Part shown: piece after piece, positions 58,786-64,000 of the stretch
Position numbering within the stretch: the stretch's first letter is position 1
How the letters are laid out: every line of letters begins with the position of its first letter
Assembly (NCBI GenBank): GCA_964016885.1
Contig: OZ024755.1
Coordinates: forward strand, 16,678,001 to 16,742,000
Source: Eledone cirrhosa
Lineage: Eukaryota
Direction of reading: 5' to 3'
DNA: 64,000 bases
Translations under genes and position numbers: made by a program
Notes under the pieces: generated by a model
Seen by the model: only the letters and a program-made list of their open reading frames with translations
Database searches by the model: none
What the model was told of the DNA's origin: nothing

Positions 58786-59211
58786 AAGAAAGAAAGAAAA
58801 ATAATTGTTTCTACTTTTGGCACAAGGCCAGCAATTACCCAGTGCATTACTGGTACTTTATTTTATCGACCCTGTAAGGATGAAAGGCAAAGTCAACATC
58901 GAATAATGACATGTCATTTTGGCTGAACAACAAAAAGAATAGTGTTAAAATATGATTTGGAAATTTTATTATAATAGTTATTTCTGAGGTCAACTTTGTC
59001 TTTCAAAAAATAATACCAGTCTAGTACTGAGGTCAATTCTTTCTCTCTATTACTCACTCTCTCCTCTAGAAGAAATCAGTTGTGTTCAACCCTGGGGAAG
59101 AGATGGGCTCCACCAGATCTAAAAAATGCCTAACAAACTCTATGTCAGGACAGTGCCCCCACGACTCTACCAGGAGTTATGGGTACATACCTACAATAGT
59201 TCTTCATACAT

Positions 59212-59979
59212 TTATGCAGCATTTTCTTTTTGATCATAAGAAGATGCATTAAAATTAGTTTTACCTCCAGTCTTTGAGAGAAGTTGAATATTACTAATGA
59301 CCATATTTTTATTAACTGCTTTACACATGTCGTAGATGGTGAGTAAACTTACAGATACTGCCATTAATGCTTCCATCTCGACTCCTGTCTGTGCCATTGT
59401 ATGAATCTCTGATGTTACTTGTACACAATATTTAGCTTTGTCCATTTGGAAGTTTAACTCTGCCTTGGTCACAGGAATATTATGACATAGTGGAATAAAA
59501 CGACTTGTTTCTTTAGCTGCCATTATTCCAGCTACGTCTGCAACGATTAGAGCTGAACCTTTCTTAAGTTCATCCTTTTGTAACAGTTTAAATGCTACTT
59601 TACCAATATGGATTGTCCCTGTTGCTTTAGCAATACGCTGAGTCACTGATTTTTCACCAACACCAACCATATTTAACTTCCCAGATGCATTTACATGGCT
59701 AAAAGAACTTTCTTTGGTTTCATGCCTGTCTTCACATTTTGTAAAGAATGAAGGGTAGATTTCATTAGCTTTCCAAGGAATATTACAACGGAACGTCTTA
59801 GACTGCAACAAACTTTCTGCTATAGCCCTTATAGAAAAATTCTTTGTCAAAAGTGTGTGATAAGATCTGTTAATTTTAACAGATTCGAAAACAAAATTAT
59901 GTTCATGTGATTTTTTTTCAGGCAGTTGAAGACAGTAATGAAATAGAAGTCGACGAAAGGGTGATATTCTTTGATGCAT
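59212..59979 (-). CDS. MOCS1: Cyclic pyranopterin monophosphate synthase (MoaC / MOCS1B) with N-terminal extension, 255 aa
   Basis: MoaC motifs FSH..G..MV.V..K, KKG, AGIMAAK.T..IPLCH, TGVEMEAL.AVSV.LLTIYDMCKA and KTGG. First ATG is at 59979. A splice acceptor (ttttcag) lies just upstream at ~59996-60002. The N-terminus is Arg-containing and acid-poor, like a mitochondrial presequence. A minus-strand AATAAA lies at 58965-58970. Confidence 0.9.
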   Translation of the reverse strand: MHQRISPFRRLLFHYCLQLPEKKSHEHNFVFESVKINRSYHTLLTKNFSIRAIAESLLQSKTFRCNIPWKANEIYPSFFTKCEDRHETKESSFSHVNASGKLNMVGVGEKSVTQRIAKATGTIHIGKVAFKLLQKDELKKGSALIVADVAGIMAAKETSRFIPLCHNIPVTKAELNFQMDKAKYCVQVTSEIHTMAQTGVEMEALMAVSVSLLTIYDMCKAVNKNMVISNIQLLSKTGGKTNFNASSYDQKENAA

Positions 59980-60884
59980 GTTAAATTCCACCTATCTGAA
60001 AATATATTCCACATATTAGACAAATGATATTAAAAACAGCATGACTTAATGAATATATATTTCTGTTTGTGAGTGTGTATATAAATAGATATATTAGAGA
60101 AAGTCTAGGCCTAACAGCTAAGCTCTTGAATTAGCCGTCGAAACGTCAAGAGCTCAAACGTCAGGCCCCGACTTTGTCAATATAGTTACATTTTACTATG
60201 CCAAGTATCGAGTACTCTGCTGAATAATGGTCTTACTAGTTTAAAACTGTTAAAATCCTGATCCAACACACACAAACATAATTCCGTTTACAGAATGAAA
60301 AGTCGATTGTGAGTATATCGGAGGTCAGAATAGTTAGACATACGTAAAAACCTAGGAAAGGAAAATATTTCTTAGCCATCGCCAGCAGGTGCTTTTCTAT
60401 AAATTTAAACAGCTGAGAGGTGCTTATCTGTAACCCCGAGGGTCCCCATCCTTTCCCGCCGCCGTTTTCGGAGAAAGGAATCATTGCTGAATCGGATGTC
60501 AAATCGGTTGAAAACAAACGAGAAGAGAGTAAAAAAAAAAAAAAAAAAAGAGAGAGAGAGAGAGAAAACAATTTCCACAGAAGAGAACTCCGAATCTTGG
60601 AAAATACGAGGGACCTCGCGCCACCACCTCCAATTCCTTTTTCGGAAATAAAGTTGATTTTGAGCACATCGGAGGTCATATTAGTTGAAGACCCATGAGT
60701 GCTTTTCTATAAATTTACCAAAGAAAGATTTAATCGAGGAAACGTTGTGTGTGTAATCCGTTTTTTAAATAGGTTCAGTGTAGCCCTGCCTGTGAAATAC
60801 TGCTTACGCTAGCATAGAAAAAGTGTTCTTTCAATATCTCAACACTTAAAGGCAATATCGCGATGCTAAAGTACTGAAACTTAC

Positions 60885-61080
60885 AAGAACCACCTGATAA
60901 TTCAGTAAGACGACCCACCCGCCAATAATAAACACTTCGTTTGTCAGCGGCCTAGCTCACGTTGAATGCCCACGGGCCCAAAAATGTAGTTTACCGATAA
61001 ATTACGGTATATCAATAGTTTATTCCGTTCGGCTCCGGGTACAGTGACTCCCCCCTCTCTCCGCTAACCTCTGGTGCAAG
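60885..61080 (-). other. Putative non-coding first exon/promoter of the MoaC/MOCS1B gene
   Basis: CpG-enriched segment ending in a minus-strand donor (TT|gtaagt at 60885/60884). No ATG in it. It would splice to the acceptor at ~59995. Confidence 0.45.
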
Positions 61081-61244
61081 ATCCAAAATATGAGAAGGAA
61101 CGAATAAGTCGCTGACAATATGAGACATCTACCTCTAGTCCAAGGGCATAGGAAGAGTAATGGCATCGAGACTATTATGATTTCATTGGAATTGTTATTG
61201 TCTATTTACTTCGGTAGATTATACTCTTAATAATTAAACATCTA

Positions 61245-61446
61245 TACGATATTAGGCAAAAAAGTTCATAGGCTGACTATAAAGGATTGATGTTAGAGCT
61301 GTGAAATCTTGCATGCATTAATTTCAACTCTTCTTATTAATAACTGCATTGTTTCTTTATAGGGACTATGTTGAAAAATAAACCTCATTTAGTCATTCCA
61401 TGAGAGTATCTTGGCCAGTCTATGGACTTTTCAGCCGACCCTCGTA
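61245..61446. mobile_element. Mariner-type MITE (~200 bp)
   Basis: TIRs of the TACGAGGGT.GGCTGAAAAGTTCATAG type. Copies at ~23212-23410, 28950-29082 and 55878-56081. Confidence 0.75.
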
Positions 61447-61644
61447 TATAACTCTAACAAAATGTAAATGTCAACACCCTCATACAAAACAATGGCATTT
61501 CAAATTTTCCGAAAGTAAAAGAGTGCTAAGACTAAATATAACTTCCTCTATTAATAAACAATGTTTATAAATATAGCGGCGATGTATTTGCTTTGCAAGG
61601 TTTTTGATATGAAATCGTGTGTTGAATAATATATGTTTATAGAT

Positions 61645-61825
61645 ATATTTACCGCGAAATGCCGGGAAGTAGTGGTTGGTAGTAATGCAGGTCGGAAAGA
61701 CGTGAACTTAGTTGAACGTGATTTTTAAGTTGAAGAGAGTGAAGCTAGGTGTTTGGTTGAAATATCGAACATGTGCAATTATAGGTGTTTGGCTGGAAAT
61801 GTCGAACCTGTGCACCTAGGTAAAC
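61645..61825 (+). promoter_or_regulatory. CpG-rich promoter and probable non-coding first exon of an unidentified plus-strand gene
   Basis: E2F-like CCGCGAAA (61652) and ETS-like CCGGGAAGT (61662) motifs, CpG enrichment, and a donor AG|gtaaac at 61819/61820. No coding exon is identifiable inside the window. Confidence 0.4.
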
Positions 61826-62309
61826 AGAAGGCTGTGTGTACGCGCGTGAACGTAAGTGTGTGTGCGTGTGTCTATACGTGACAAGGGGGAGGAATTAGAA
61901 TAAAGCTAGTCAGTTGTTTAGTTCCAGGTTGTCCTGATAGAGCGAACTTATGATAAACAAATATTCGAATCGAGACCAACCTATTTTGTTTTCAATCGAT
62001 CGTATTCCGGGCAACATTATTTCAAAGTGTCTTCTTTCTTTTTTTTTAAAAGAGGATATGTGTGTAATTTGGCTTCTATTTCTAGCAAGTCGAGTGGCCA
62101 TATACAGGCTAATTTATCTCTCCCCTCTCATCTACGAAATATGGAAAGATTCTTATAAAGGGGAACAATTGTATGAAACACTCAAATATAAATTATACCA
62201 CCCTCCCCCCGTAAAAAACAATTTATACAGGTATAAGTTTACTCGTATTTCACTATTTTAACACCATACCTCGCCACAGAAAATATGAACAATATTCTTC
62301 TTCTTTAAG

Positions 62310-62760
62310 ATATAGCAGTTCCACTACACCAGTCACAGTCGGTGGAGAGCCCATAAGAGAGGTAGTGTCATTTGTCTACCTGAGAAGTGTGGTTGATTGA
62401 CGTGAGAGAACAGACCGAGATATCACAGCCAGGATTGGCAAGGCAAGAGCAGCTTTCATCATGCTAAAGGACGTCTGGGCATCAAGCGAGATCTGCCCAA
62501 GAACTAAACATCACATCTGTGAAGTCTGTACTGCTGTATGGATATGAAACTTGGAGGACAGCAAAGAAGATCTAGACATTCTTCAACACCTGTCTGAGGT
62601 GCATCTACAACATCAAATGGCGCCGGAGATCAGAAATGAAGATCTGTGGGAGTGAGCGGGACAGGAACCAGTGGCAAAGCAGATTCTGCAGAGGAAGTGA
62701 AGCTGGGTTGGACATACCCTTAGGAAACCAGCATCTAACATCACACACTAATCCCTGACC
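62310..62760 (+). mobile_element. Degenerate RTE LINE fragment
   Basis: Disrupted ARIGKARAAF..L..VW..SVLLYG.ETW..GHTLR pattern. Confidence 0.65.
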
Positions 62761-64000
62761 ATACTAATTTCATTAACACATCCTAAATGTCTCATTACCC
62801 CCTCCCCCATGAGTATTTTATCATGGCACCAGCATTAGGGAGGTTGTCATGTTCTTGACACACCTGAAGAATTCTCCCAGTCCTTTGTTTGGCAAGTTTT
62901 CTACAGCTGGATGTCCTTCATATCACCAACCACTTTACAGAATATACTGGATGTGTTTATCATGTAAGATCACCAACACTAAGAAGGTTGCTATTGTCTT
63001 TGACACAACTGAAGAGTCTGTCCATCTGATTATATTCTGCCAGTCCAATATTCCATTCTGCTATACACTTGTTATTTTTACCAGTAGCATCCAACCTATT
63101 TTTCACAATATGAACCCCAAATATTACTGAGAGACTTATAAAGATCCTTTAAACTTGATAAGAAAAAAATGATACCATTTCATAACAGAATAACATTAAC
63201 TTAGAAGCTTTAAAATATCACAAAGAACTCTTAACCCTTTAATGTTCAAACCGGCTAAAATTCTCTACCTCTTTCTGTTGAAACTGGCTGTAACTACTCG
63301 CTCAAACTGATGTTAAGGTATTGTTCTCAAAATAAATACTTTCAAAATCTCATAGATTCGATATTATGTGAGGTAAAACCTTTAGCATGAAAATATAATA
63401 GTATATATAAAGTAATGTGAATGCTAATGCTAAAGGGTTAAACTTTAACCTTTTTTTTTCACGAATGCCCAACATATTTTAGTGAGTCCTTTGAGTTTGT
63501 ACAAACCTACTAATTCACAACATTTTTAGCACCAATTTGAGATTATTTTCCATCATTGCTTTTGACTGACTTTGGTAAGGCACCGCAATGTTTTTTGTCA
63601 AGTTCTATCTTTCTTTAGATTTGATTGACAAAAAAATCAAATAAAATAAGGAAAAGAGCTCATCAGATCAGACTAAGAAAACTGTTTCTATTAGTCACAA
63701 CTCCTGGCAAAAAGGAAGGAATGTTTTAACTCGGAATGCACAGAGCTGGTTCAGCATTGCAAAACATTCCTTCAAACCCATTAACAATTTCACCAATCCA
63801 CTGTTCCGAGACTGGTATTTTATTTAGTGACAGTGAAAGGACAAAAGGCAAAGTTAACCTTGGTGGGATTTGAACTGAGTGCACAGAAAATCAGAACAAA
63901 TACCAAGACATTTATTTTGACACTTACACCTTGATTGACAAATATAATTTTTTTATGATCTTCATGTGGACATTCAGCAGTGAGGGCCACACATGTGGCA

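Noticed and set aside
60236-60698. ORFs of 147 and 92 aa
   Set aside because: They span poly-A/(GA)n runs, overlap on opposite strands and show no domain.

Overview
AT-rich, microsatellite- and repeat-dense animal genomic DNA. The repeat families and (TA)n content suggest a coleoid cephalopod such as Octopus (inference). There is a 200-N gap at 17862-18061. The first ~25 kb holds no supportable host gene, only repeats: minisatellites, a 4-kb purine/pyrimidine-alternating array, and mariner, LINE, SINE and MITE relics. Three host genes were reconstructed by hand. (1) A 3-exon THAP zinc-finger gene on the minus strand (30308->26317, ~641 aa) with a P-element-transposase-like tail. (2) Head-to-head with it, CFAP70/TTC18 on the plus strand (27 coding exons, 32185-58076, ~1067 aa, RFX X-box in the promoter). 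(3) A convergent single-coding-exon MoaC/MOCS1B gene that appears to stand alone, without MOCS1A. The most notable unannotated signal is a set of type I hammerhead ribozyme motifs carried by TA-embedded, hairpin-capped Penelope-like terminal repeats. Three cluster within ~550 bp of one CFAP70 intron, and two of those have unusually large stem II insertions. Almost all long ORFs in the supplied track are microsatellite artefacts.
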